This document shows positions 1-12,899 of a stretch of 64,000 bases of DNA, in pieces; position 1 is the first letter of the stretch; each line of letters starts with the position of its first letter. A program made the position numbers and the translations under genes. Under the pieces are notes generated by a model. It was not told the DNA's origin and did no database searches. It saw nothing but the letters and a program-made list of their open reading frames with translations. This DNA comes from the human T2T-CHM13v2.0 reference genome, Homo sapiens, in assembly GCF_009914755.1 (NCBI RefSeq), contig NC_060931.1. One strand, 5' to 3'.

Positions 1-2760
1 AGTGCTGTGATGAACATATGCATGCATCTTTATGGTAGAACGATTTACCTTCCTTTGAGTGTATATTCAATAATGGGATGGCTAGGTCAAATGGTACTTC
101 TCTTTTAAGTTCTTTGAGCCATTTCCTAACTACTTTCCACAATAGCTAAACTAATTTTTATTCCCCTCAGCAGTGCATAAGCATTCCCTTTTCTCTGCAA
201 CCTCACCAGCAGCTGTTATTTTTTGACTTTTTAATAATAGCCATTCTGATTGGTGAGAAATGGTATCTCATTGTGGTTTCTATTTGCATTTCTCTAATAA
301 TTAGTAATACTGAACATGTTTTCATATGCTTATTGGTCACATGTATGTCTTCTTTTGAAAAGTGTCTGGTCATGTCCTTTGCCCACTTTTGAATGGTGTT
401 GTTTGTTTTTTGCTTGTTAATTTGTTTAAGTTCCTTATTGACTCTGGATATTAGACCTTTGTTGGATGTATAGTTTGCAAACATTTTCTCACATTCGGTA
501 CCTTATCTTTTTACTCTGTTGCTAATTTCTTTTGCTGTGCAAAAGCTCTTTAGTTTAACTAGGTTTCATTTGTCAATTTTTGTTTTTGTTGCAGTTGCTT
601 TTGGCATGTTCATTAGAATGATATTTGATAGGTTATCTTCCAGTTTTTGTACTTTTAGGTTTTACTTTTAAATCTTTAATTCATCTTGAATTGATTTTTG
701 TGTATGGTGTAATGAAAGGGTACAATTTCAATCTTTTGCATATGGCTACGCAGTTATGCCAACACTATTGATTGAATAGGGAGTCCTTCTCCCATTGTTT
801 GTTTTTGTCACCCTTGTTGAAGATCAGATGGTTGTAGGTGTGTGTCTTTATTTCTGAGCTCTCTACTCTGCTCCATTCATCTATGTGTCTGTTTTTGTAA
901 TAGTTTCATGCTGTTTTTGGTTATTGTAGCCTTTGTGGTATGGTTTTAAGTTGGATAACATGATGCCTCCAGCTTTATTCTTTTTACTTGGAACTGCCTT
1001 GGCTATTTGAGCTCTTTTGTGGTTTCATGTGAATTTTAAGATGGTTTTCTTGAATTCCTTGAGAAGTATTTTGTTTCTACGTTAATTTTAGAATAGTTTT
1101 TGCATAATTCTACAAAAAATGACTTTGTTAGTTTGATAGGAATAGCAATGAATCTGTAAATTGCTTTGGGCAGTATGGCCCTTTTAACAATATTGATTCT
1201 TCCTACCTGTTAACATGGGATGTTTTCCCATTTGTTTGTTTCATTTTGGACTTCTTTGAGCAGTATTTTGTAATTCTCATTGTAGAGATCTTTTATCTCC
1301 ATGGTTACCTGTATTCCTAGGTATTTTATTCTTTTTGTGGTTATTGTGAAAAAGATTGCATTTTGTTTTTGGCTCGGCTTGGATGTTGTTAGTGTATAGA
1401 AATGCTACTAAGTTTTGTACATTTATTTTGTATCCTGAAACTTTGCTGAAGTTGTTTATCAGATCTAGGATCTTTTGGCCAGAGACTACGGGGATTTATA
1501 GGTATAGGATCACATCATCTGCAAACAGAGATAGTTTGACTTCTTCCCTTCCTATTTGGATATCTTCTATTTCTTTATCTTGCCTGATTGCTCTGGCTAA
1601 GACTTATGTTGAGTAGGAGTGGTGAGAGTAGGCATCCTTGTCTTGTTTTGGTTCTCAAGAGGAATGCTTCCAGTTTTTGCACATTCAGTAAGATGTTGGT
1701 TGTGGGTTTGTCCTAGATAGCTCTTATTATTTGGAGGTATGTTTCTTCAATGCCTAGCTTGTTGAGGGTCTTTAACATGAAGAGATATTGAATTTTATTG
1801 AAAGCCTTTTCTGTATCTATTCAGATGATCATGTGGTTTTTGTTTTTAGTTCTGTTTATGTGGTGAATTGCATTTATTTACCTATGTTGAACCAACCTTT
1901 TATCCCAGGGATAAAGCCTGTTTGATTGTGGTGGATTTGCTTTTTCATGTTGCTGCTAGATTCAGTTTGCTAGTATTTTGTTGAGGAGTTTTGCATCCAT
2001 GCTCATCAAGGTTATTTGCCTGAAGTTTGTGTGTGTGTATGTGCATGTGTGTGTGAGTGTGTGTGCTTTCTGGCAGGTTTTGGAATCAAGGTGATGATGG
2101 CTTCATTGAATGAGTTAGGGAGGAGTCCCTTCCCAATTTTCTGGAATAGTTTCAGTAGGAATGACACCAACTCTTTATACCTCTGGTAAAGTTTGGTTGT
2201 GAATCTGTCTTTCTGGTTGGTAGGCTTTTTATTACTGATTCAAAGGATTCAGACTCACTATTGGTCTATTCAGGAGTTCAATTTCTTCTTGGTTCAATCG
2301 TGGGAGGTTTTATGTTTCCAGCAATTTTTCTGTTTGTTTTAGGTATTCAGTTTGGTGCATAGGGGTGTTAATAATAGTCTCTCAGAGTTTTTTTTATTTC
2401 TATGGGATCAGTGGTAATGTCCCCTTTGCCATTTCTGATTGTGTTTATTTGTATATTCTCTCTTCTTTATTAGTCTAGTTAGTGGCCTATCAGTCTTATC
2501 TATTCTTTCAAAAAACCAACTCCTGGATTCGTTTATCTTTTGTATGGTCTTTTGCGTCTCACTTTTGTTCACTTCAGCTCTAATTTTGGTTACTTTTGTC
2601 TTCTGCTAGCTTTGGGGTTAGATTGCTATTGCTTCTCTAGTTCTTCTAGGTGTGATCTTCGGTTGTTAATTTGAGATCTTTGTAACTTTTTGATGTGGAT
2701 GTTTAGTGCTATAAACTTCCCTCTTAACACTGCTTCAGCTGTGTCTCAGAGATTCTCATA
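1..2760 (-). mobile_element. L1 (old L1PA/L1PB-type) ORF2 region, degraded, running off the left edge
   Basis: Minus-strand ORF 203-484 ([15 protein letters not shown]...[14 protein letters not shown]) is the L1 ORF2 C-terminus. L1-like sequence continues through the RT region (reverse complement of LFADD at ~1512-1526) toward the EN domain. Internal (TG)n at ~2028-2065. Confidence 0.92.
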
Positions 2761-2789
2761 CCTTTAGTTTGTTAGGTCACAATTTCCTG

Positions 2790-3120
2790 TTTTTTTCCTT
2801 TCTTTTTTTTTCTGAGTCAGATTCTTTCTCTGTCATCCAGGGGTCTCACTCTGCCACCCAGGCTGGAGTGCAGTGGTGCCATCAAAACTCACCACAGCCT
2901 TGACCTTTTGGGCTCAAGTGATCCTCCTGGCTCAGTTTCCTGAGTAGCTAGGATCACAGGCAGATGACACTGCATCAGGCTAATTTTTAATTTTTTTTTT
3001 CCTACATACAGGGTCTTACAATGTTGCCCAAGCTGGTCTTGCACTTCTGGGCTCAAACGATCCTCTTGCCTTGGCCTCCCAAAATGCTGAGATTACAAGT
3101 GTGAGCTACTGTACCTGGTC
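2790..3120 (-). mobile_element. AluJ-type SINE
   Basis: Poly-T, then CCCAGGCTGGAGTGCAGTGG...GGGCTCAAGTGATCCTCC (J-type), A-rich linker and left arm ending GTACCTGGTC. Confidence 0.93.
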
Positions 3121-3124
3121 TCCC

Positions 3125-4350
3125 TTAATTTTTGAGCAATTCAAAATATAATTGGTACAGAGTATTTGTCTAGTAAATTGAAAGTTTGTGCTCTCTCAAG
3201 AACAGTTTCTATTGGGGGCATTGTTCTTTGTTAATGGGTCATATTTTTTGTTTTTTTTTTTTTCATTTCACACAGTTTATGTTGAAAAATGAACATTTTA
3301 AATAATATAATGTGTCAACTCTGAAAATCAGATTCTTTCCTTTCCCTAGCATTTGTTATTATTGTCATTTGTTATTGCTGTCACTATTGTTTACTACAGA
3401 CTTTTCTTAACTAGTTCTTTAAAATATGTATTCTTCATTGTATGTAGCTACTGAGTTCTCTCCTTGGTCAGCTTAGTGGGTAGCTAATCAACGGACAGAT
3501 ATTTTTCAGAGTTTCCTGGAACTGATAAATCTCCCTACCTTGGCAGAGGGTCTCTGTGTGCATGTTGGGACACACCTTCAATGTTCAGCCAGGTAGTTGA
3601 AAATTACCTTAGTCTTCACTTCCTGCTTGTGCGGAATCTGAAGAACAGACAAAAGTGAGAGCTTAGGGCCTTCTTGGGTATGAGCATGAAGGTAGCCTTG
3701 GACATGAACATACCTCTATACATGTGTTTGAACTTCCAGAGTCCAGGAATACTTTGAGGCTTTTTAAAGATTTCTCTGGAAATTCCATTCACCAGCTTTT
3801 CTTTTCCAGCTTTTTGGTTTACCTATTGTTGGCTTCAACTGTTGTGTGTTGCTTCAGAGAGCTGAAACATTAAACAATTGTCTCTTACGGCTTTTGCCAA
3901 ATGTATCTGGGGAAAAGCTTGTTTGCCCTTGCTGAGCTTTAAATTAGGTCAAATAATGAGGGCCTATTAAGTGGGTTCTTCCAGGGAATTCCATGACAGG
4001 TAAAACAATGAAAGTTTTTTTAGTAAAAGAGCCTTGATGGAGCTCGAGAACTATTCTGCTTTTTCTATTGGCTACCAGGCTCATAGTTTTCACTGTGGTG
4101 GTGAGCTCTTAGTTTTCAAGACTATGGGAAAGCCATGGAAGGTAGAATGGGAATACAACTTAAAATGCTACATTGCTTGCTCTTCTTAGAGAGATTCCTT
4201 TTCTTGAATAAATTCTCCCTAATTGCTTCAAGCCTTTGATTAAATTTCAGAATTTCAAAAATGTTGATTCTGACGATGTTTTGCCAGTGTTCTCGTGCTT
4301 TTACGAAGGAGTAGATATTCAGAGGTTCTTACTCTGCCATTTTTACCTGC
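3125..4350 (-). mobile_element. Old L1M 5' end/5'UTR fragment
   Basis: CTCTGAAAATCAGATTCTTTCC...TTTGTTATT resembles recalled L1MC/MD 5'-end consensus. It ends in CTCTGCCATTTT, the reverse complement of the AAGATGGCGG-type L1 start. Confidence 0.6.
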
Positions 4351-5964
4351 CCTCCTTAGTTAACATTAAAATATTCAACCCAATAATTGTAATAAGTATT
4401 CTTTTCAAGTTCCATGTGGTGTATTCTCCAGGATAAACCATATGTTAGGCCATGAACCAATATCCAGTAAATTTAAAAGGATCAAAGTCAAGCAAACTAT
4501 GATTGCCAACTGCAATGAAACTAAATTAGAAATTAACCACAGAAGGAAATTTCAGAAATCCACAAATATTTGGATATTAACACCACATCTCTATATAGCC
4601 TATGTGGCAAAGAAGAAATCACAGGTGAAATCATAAAATATTTCAAGCTGACTAAAAATTAATATGCAATATATCAAAATTTATAAGGCAAAATTAAATC
4701 AGTACTTAAATCAAAATTGATAGCTATAAACTTCAGTATCAGAAAGGAAGACATATATTAGTAACAAAATGTACAACTTAAAAAACTAAAAAATAGAGAA
4801 TAAAATAAATCCAAAGAAAACAGAAGGAAATAATACAAATTCGAGTGAAAACTAGTGAAATGAAAAACAGAAAAACAATAATTAGTAAATCTAAAACTGA
4901 TTTATTTAAAAAGATATAAATTGAGAACTATTTATCAATAATGAACCTGAAGAAAATGAAGGATGACAAAAATGATCAAAATCAAGTATGAAAGAAGGCA
5001 CTTCATGACAAACTTTAGGAGGAAATCAAATCATTATAAAAGAATACTAATAAAAAGGTGTTTATAACTTTACACTAACAAATTAAACAACTTAGATAAA
5101 ACAGGACCATTTCCAAGAAGGATACAAATTACTAAAACTGACCCCCAAAGAGAAAGCAAATGTAAATATTTCTATAACAAATAAAATTATTGAATTAGTA
5201 ATTAATTAGTTTTCACAAGAAAAAGCCCAGGGTCATATGTCTGCACTGATTAACTCTAATAAACATTTAAAGAAGAAATGCCACCAGTCTTGAACAAATT
5301 GCCATAAAATTGAAGAGAAAGGATAACTCCCCAACTCATTCTATGAGGCCAATATTATCCTTATGCAAAAGCCTGATGAAGACATCACAAGAAAAGAGAA
5401 CTACATGCCAGTATCTCCCAGGAAAATAAATGCAAAAACTCTTAACAAAACATTATAAAATAATGTAATCCAACAGTATGTAAAAGGATTATATGCCATG
5501 TCCATGTGATGTGGCATCTGAAAAACAGTTAATATAACTTACCACATTAGTAGAAAAATCACATAATCATTGCAATAGATACACAGAAGACATTTGACAA
5601 AATTCATCACTTCTTCATGACTAAAACTTTCAACAAACTAGGAATTAAAGGAGAACTCTCCTAAACTGATAAAGAGTATCTATGAAAAACCAATAGCTAA
5701 CTTCTTAGTGGCAAAAAATGGAATGTTTTCCTCCAAAGACTGGGGAATATACATGGATGCCTGCTCCTACCACTTCTATTAAGTATTGTGGCAGAGCTTC
5801 CAGTGAGTGCAGTTGAGCAAGAAAAAGACATAAATGGCATCTGGATTGAGAAACAGAAATTAAAACTGATTTTATTTATTTATTACATGATTTTCTACAT
5901 AGAAAACCCTTTTAAAATTTTTGAAAAGCCAAGGCTTTTCTTCTTTCTTTTAAAAAATTTTTTA

Positions 5965-6050
5965 AAAAAATTTATAATAGTTGTAGATTTACAGCAATAT
6001 TGCAAAGATAGTACAGAATTCCCATATACCTCATACATATTCTCCCCTAT
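5965..6050 (-). mobile_element. L1MC-type extreme 3' end (~90 bp)
   Basis: AGATTTACAGCAATATTGCAAAGATAGTACAGAATTCCCATATACC matches the same motif at 59011-59050 in this window. Confidence 0.75.
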
Positions 6051-6712
6051 ATTTACTTATTTATTTACTTTAAAATGTTTATTTTAGGTTCAGGAGTACA
6101 TATGGAGGTTTGTTTTACAGGTAAACTAACATGGGGGGTTTCTTGTACAGATTATTTCATCACCCAGGTACTAAGCTTAGTACCCAATAGTTATTTATTC
6201 TTTTCTTGCTCCTCCTCCTCCTCCCACTGCCCCCCTTCCATTCTCCACCCTCAAGTAAGCCCAAGTGTCTAGTTGTTGCCCTCTTTGTGTTAACGAGTTC
6301 TCATCATTTAGTTCCCACTTATAAGTGCGAACATGAACGTGAAGTATTTGGTTTTCTGTTCCTGCATTAGTTGGCTAAAGATAATGCCCTTCAGCTCCAT
6401 CCGTGTTCCCACACAAGACATGATCTCACTTTTTTTTTATGGCCGCATAGTATTCCATGAAATAGTGTATATGTACCACATTTTCTTTATCCAATCTGTC
6501 ATTGATGAGCATTTAGGTTGATTCCATGTCCTTGCTATTACAAATAGTGCTGCAATGAACACTCGTGTGCATGTGTCTTTATGGTAGAATGATTTATATT
6601 CCTCTGGGTATATACCCAGTAATGGGATTGCTGGGTCAAATGGTAGTTCTATTTTCAGCTCTTTGAGGAATTACCACATTGCTTTCCACAATGGTTGAAC
6701 TAAGGAACTTTT
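6051..6712 (-). mobile_element. L1PA(old)/L1PB 3' end, 5'-truncated
   Basis: TTTATTTTAGGTTCAGGAGTACAT...TCATCACCCAGGTACTAAGC...CCCACTTATAAGTG...TTCCACAATGGTTGAACTAA. Confidence 0.9.
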
Positions 6713-6927
6713 GAAACACTACTGGAACTAATAAACTACTTCAGTAAGGTTATAATATACAGAATCAACGTATAAATACCAATTACCTTTCTATATATCA
6801 GCAGCAATGAAACATATGAAAAAGGAATTGAAAAAATAATGTATTCATGACAGCATCAAATTCAGTGAAGGAATTAGAAAATAAGAGAATTGCAAGGCAT
6901 GCACACTGAAAACCAGAAAACATTGCA

Positions 6928-7276
<349 letters not shown>

Positions 7277-9359
7277 TTAAAAAATGGACCATGTTGTTAA
7301 CTGAAATTTTCAATACTGTTAAGATAACAAATCAAACTATTGATTGAAAGCAATCTCTATAAAAAAACCCATGAGAATGTATGAAAATGAAAATAACCCA
7401 GAATAGCAAGACAGTTTTGTAACGTAAGAACAAAGTTGAAGAATTTGCACTTTCAAAATCTACTATTAAGGATAGACATACGTATAGGTCAATGGAATAA
7501 AGTTTAGAGTTCATATGGAAATCCTTACATTTCAGTCAATTTATATTTGACAAAGTATTAAGGTGATTTAATAGTGAAAAAATAGTCTTTTCTATGTATA
7601 ATATATTGGAGCAATTTGGTATTTACATGCAAAAAGATGTATCATACACAAAAATTTACTCAAACTGATCTCAACCCATATGTAAGAGTACAAATATGAA
7701 ACTTTTAGAGAAAACATGAGAGAAAATGTTCATGACTATAGGCTATGCAAAGGGTTGTCAGATACGCACCAAAAAAGAAAAATAAAAGGTAAATTGTGCT
7801 TTCTCAAAATGAAAATCTTTTGAACTTCAAAAAAAAAACCACTAAGAAAATGAAATGAAAAGACAAGCCATATGCTTGCAAATCACAAATATAATAAATG
7901 ATAATTTTCATATAACAACTATATATGTTTAAATGAAGAAATTAATAAAATTCAAAATACATTTCACAAAATAAGAGACATGATATCTAAAAAGTAAGGC
8001 ACATGGGGTGTGCTCTATAACATTAGTAATTGGGAACATTATAATTAAAACTGTAATGAAATACTGGTTCACCTACCATAATGTTGGTAATCAAAAACAA
8101 AGACAATAAGATGTGTTGCTTAGAATATGGAAAAACTGGAGTCTTCATACATTGCTGGTGGGAATGTAAAATGATGCATCCACCATGAAAGACAGCTCCC
8201 AAAACATGCTAAGTAAATAAGTCAGGCACAAAAGACTACATATTTTGTGATTCCATTTATATGAAATATCCAGAAAAGGCAAATCTGTAGAGAAAGAAAG
8301 TAAATTAGTGGTTATTTGGTGCTGGAAGAGGGAATGAGAATGAATACTAATGGTGAATGAAGGATCTCTCTGGGGTGATAGGAGTGTCCTAAAACTGAAC
8401 AATGGTTGCATAATTCTTTAAATTTATGAAAAATATCTGAATTGTATACTTAAATTGGGTGCATTTTATGGTATATGAATTATACGTAAATAAAGCTCTT
8501 TTAAAAATATAATAAGCGTTGAGTTCCTCATCACTGACAATGTGTATGCATATGACTAATAATCACATGCAAAGGGAGTGTTGGAGGGGATACACTCTGT
8601 AGTTAATGATTGAACTTCATAATTCCACAAATATTTTTCAAAACACATATTTCATGAGTCTATAAAAATCTGTGTGTGCTTTACAGGTAGTGTGCAAAAT
8701 ATTTAAACATCAGCATCTTATCATGGGTGTTGAAGATTTTGCTCTCATAAGAAATGAATACAGCTTTAGTAGCAACATTGCAAGAAAAAGAAATAATTTG
8801 TAGATTTTATTCCCATGAGCAATTCTGTCCACAAATTGCCTTGGGACTGTAAAGCCTTAGTTCTGAAGTAAAAGAGATAATTTCTCAAAAGTATCTGCTA
8901 CAGATGGAGTAGAAGGAGAGCACTCAAAGGTTTCTAAAAACAGACACACTTATCTTCAGACACTGCTCAGAAAACCAGTAAGCTGGATTTTGGCTGGCCA
9001 GATAACTTTATCCTAGGAAATACTAGAAGACTGTATATTTTTCCTCCCAAAAGGAAGAATGCTCACATTGTATTACAAAAATAAACAGAGACGGTTTATG
9101 AGGATGCTTGAGAAATTGGATTAAAAAGAGGGAGAATGGGATCATTAGTAATGCAGATTAAAATAAAACAAGGAATAAAAGAAAATGTAAAAATTAACAT
9201 ATAGATGTTTATTTCTATGCCTTGAATATTTTATTCCAAATGATCATGACTGATAGCAAGGGCTTTACAGATTCTTCAGTAGCAGAGCTAACTCACTCAT
9301 AGTCACAGAGATCTATGAATGGATTCTGAATTTGGCTTTCATTATTGCTATTGCAAAGA

Positions 9360-10500
9360 CAGTTATCATTCTTCTTGCCACTCTTTTGAAGGTAATATTT
9401 TTTTCTCTACAATAACTTTTTATCTTTGAATTTTAGCAAATTGACTATGATATGTCTCAGTTTAGTTGCGTTGTGTTTGTTACTTCTTCAGTATCACTGA
9501 ACGTTTTAGGTTTTAGGTTTATGACTTTCATCATTTATAAAATTACTTAGCATCAGATCTTCACGTATTTCTTCTTTTCTGATCTCTCCTACTGGGATTC
9601 CAATAATATTTGTATTGAATGTTTTTACTATATCCCACAGGTTTCTAATTCCCCTACTCCCCTCTCCCCCACCATTCTTTCATCTACCTATCACTTTATT
9701 TGGGTGTTTCATATTGTTCCTTTTTCCAGCTTACTATTTCTACCTTAAGTTATATCCAATTAATGATTTGGGGTATTGTATTGTTCATTTTTAGAATGTC
9801 AAATTACTTCTCTTTCTTTGTAGATTCTTTTTTTTGAAGCATTTTACTTTTCATCTATTTGTCCTGCTTTTCCTCTATCTTAATAAACATTTATCATAGT
9901 TATTTTATATCTTTGATATCTATATCACTTTTAGGTGTGCTTCTGATGTCTCCTTTTTAGCCTATACCCCTTTCTTCTCCCACATGACTGTTAATTTTCT
10001 GTTGAAACTGAGACATTTTGTATATATTAAAAGAAAAAAAAATTGTAGAGGTTCCAGATCACGTTATCATCTACTGTGAGAACTTTTCCATTTCCCTGAT
10101 TACCTTAATTCAGTCATAGAGGAGACAAAGTGAAGGTTGGATTGCAGCTGTGGTAAGCGTCAGTATTCCTTTGGTATACTCTAATTCCAGATTGTGGACT
10201 TCTTGAGCTATCAATCGAGAAGTTGGCATGCCATTGTCCCTTCAGGAGGAAGACATTGTGAGAATATCCACTGCAATTTTGAAAGATTAGAATAGCTAAG
10301 TAACTAAATTAAAGTTATTTAGCTTCTCAATGTGTACACTTTCATGCTTTGGTAAGATTCTTGAAGAAGAGATCAGGTTTGAGGTTTCTCCAGCTAACAA
10401 TTGCATCATTTTGTTCTCAAGGACCAAAAGCTCTGTTTATTCCACATTCCCCTAGCAGTTGACCTCTGTCAGGGTTCAGGCTTGAGTTCCCAGCCTCTTT
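9360..10500 (-). mobile_element. Very old L1 (L1ME/HAL1-like) ORF1/5' fragment
   Basis: T-rich sequence with L1 ORF1-antisense motifs (TTTAGCAAATTGACTATGATATGTCT, TCTCCTACTGGGATTCCAATAA). Highly diverged. Confidence 0.5.
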
Positions 10501-11134
10501 AGATAGCAAAAGTAGCTAAAAGGAAGATCTTCTTCTCTTTAAAAAAAAATACCCTAAAACATGAAGAAAGATCAAAACAATGTGACGCCCAACAGGAATG
10601 CAGGAACATGTCTAAAGAGGACTCTGATGACCACAGGTTCAAAGAAGAACATCCAGGCTATAATTCTTCAAGTATGGTGGCACCTGGAGTGACAAAACAT
10701 TATGTGACTTGGTGTTCTGGTCTTCTCTAAGCACTCTTAGGTGGCCTGCAGAGGCAGAGTAGAAGAGATAATGACGTGAGTGGAAGAGATAATGGTAGCT
10801 GAAATGCTATCATTGTGAAGAGTGGTCAAATAAGAAAGGACAGGGGAGAGCGGTACCACTTTGATTTAAAACTAACCTTGAAGTTACCTATCTTGGTTAG
10901 CATGGTGGATACTATGAATTATAACTCACAGAAACATAACTTGGAAATTCACTTTGAACCAGTAAGAATAACTGCTGTCCTGAAACACTGATCCACAGCC
11001 CTCACTACAGAAACTTTACCAGGAATAATTCAAAGATGAGTAATGATCTGAAGGTGTTAGTACTATCCAAAAATCCCAGCAAAGCTCTATTCAAATTCTA
11101 CCTGAGAACTAACAGTCAGAGAATTGTCTATCTA

Positions 11135-12850
11135 AGGGCAGAATAGACATTCTTCTCACACACAAGTAAAATATTCATCAAGATAGACCACATTTTGGAC
11201 TACAAAAATACAACTTAGCAAACTTAAGGAATAGAAATTATACAATCTATGTTCTTAGAACACACTGGAAATTAAGAAAAGAAAGTTAGCTGAATTTGGA
11301 AAATAAACCACACATTTTAAAATAACATAAATTAAAGAAGTATCAAATTTAAAATATTTTAACTAAATTAAAATGAAAGTACAACTTATCAAAATGTGTG
11401 GAATACATCTAAAGTAGAGCTTAAAGGGAAATTTATAGCATTAAATGAATATATTGGAAGAGAAGACATATATAAATTGATAATGTAAGCAGCCATCTTA
11501 GGATAACAGAGAATGAAGAGTAAAATTAAACCTACAGCAACAGAAAAAGGGAAATGATAAAAATTAGAGCAGAAATCAATGACACAAAACAGGAATAAAG
11601 AGAAAATTCTTAAAAACCAAGTTATTTGAAAACATCAATAAGAATAATACAACTTTAGCCAAACTAACCAAGAAAAAAAAAGAAAATATATAAATCTCCA
11701 ACACGAGGAGTAAAACACATCATTGCTATTGATCTACATGTCTTAAATTTGATAACTCAGATGAAATGTACCGATTTCTTAAAAGACTCAAATTACCAAA
11801 ACTAACTCAGGCCAAAACAGATAATCCAATTGTCCCTACATCTGTAAATGGAATTAAATAGCAGTTAAAAGCTCAAATAGTTTCTCTGATGGCTCTAACA
11901 AACATTTTAAAAAGAGGGCTTGGCATGGTGGCTCACACTTGTAATTCCTGCACTTTGGGCAGCTGAGGTGGGAAGGTCATTTTGAGGCAAGGTGTTTGAG
12001 ACCAGCCTGGGCAATACAGCAAGACCCCCATTTCTACAATTTTTTTAAAACTAGTTGGGCATGGTGGTGTGCACCTCTAGTCCTAGCTACTCTGGAAGCT
12101 GAGGTGGGAGAATTGCTTGGGCCCAGGAGTTTCAAGCTGCAGTGAGGTTGAGCTATGATTGTGTCATTGCACTCCAGCCTGGGGCGATAGAGCAAGACCC
12201 TATCTGAAAAAAGAAAAAATACAAGAAATAATGCTAATTATACAGGATCTCTTCCAGAAAATGGAAGTGAACACTTTGCAGCTGATTTTGTCAGGCCAGC
12301 ATTACCCTAGTATCAAGATCAGATAAATGCAAGAAAAACAACAAAACTACATACTATTATATCTCATTAATATAGACATAAAAATCCCTAACAAAATATT
12401 AGCAAATACAATTATATTTTAAAAAGGGTAACACATCATCATCAGTTGCTATTTATTTCAGTAATGCGAAGCTGATTCAACATTTGTGAATCAATCTATC
12501 ATTATATTAACCGACTGTATAAGAGCAAAACATAATAAAAGCATTTAACAAATGTCAGCACTCATTTATAATAAAAGTTCTCAAAAAGATCTCTGAGAAT
12601 AAAAAGAAACTTTCCTGAGGGGAGTATTTCAAAAACAAAAACCAAACTAAACAAACAAAAAATCCCTTAGAACTGGTATTGTGTTTAATGCTGAGATAAT
12701 GAAAAGTTTCTTTCTAAGATTGAGAACAAAGCAATGATTTATTTTCCTACCACTAATTTTTGACATCATGCTGAAAGTCTTAGCTAGAATAATACGATAA
12801 GAAAAATAATAAAAGATACACAAGTTTAAAATAAAGAAATGAAACTATAT
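11135..12850 (+). mobile_element. Old L1M ORF2 (EN to RT), interrupted by AluJ
   Basis: CAGAATAGACATTCTTCTCA...CAAGATAGACCACATTTT...GGCCAGCATTACCCTAG...CCTAACAAAATATTAGCAAAT. Confidence 0.85.
11917..12220 (+). mobile_element. AluJ-type SINE
   Basis: Dimeric Alu with CAGCCTGGGCAATACAGCAAGACCCC and GGGCCCAGGAGTTTCAAGCTGCAGTGAG (J diagnostics), plus A tail. Confidence 0.93.
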
Positions 12851-12899
12851 TCTATATATCCAAAGGATATATACATTTTCCAGTAGAAAAATAACCTAA

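Noticed and set aside
10560-11130. Non-repeat-looking stretch with a peptide HRFKEEHPGY faintly like an HMG-box end
   Set aside because: The match is too short, stops surround it, and there is no poly(A)/TSD or further similarity that I can recognise.
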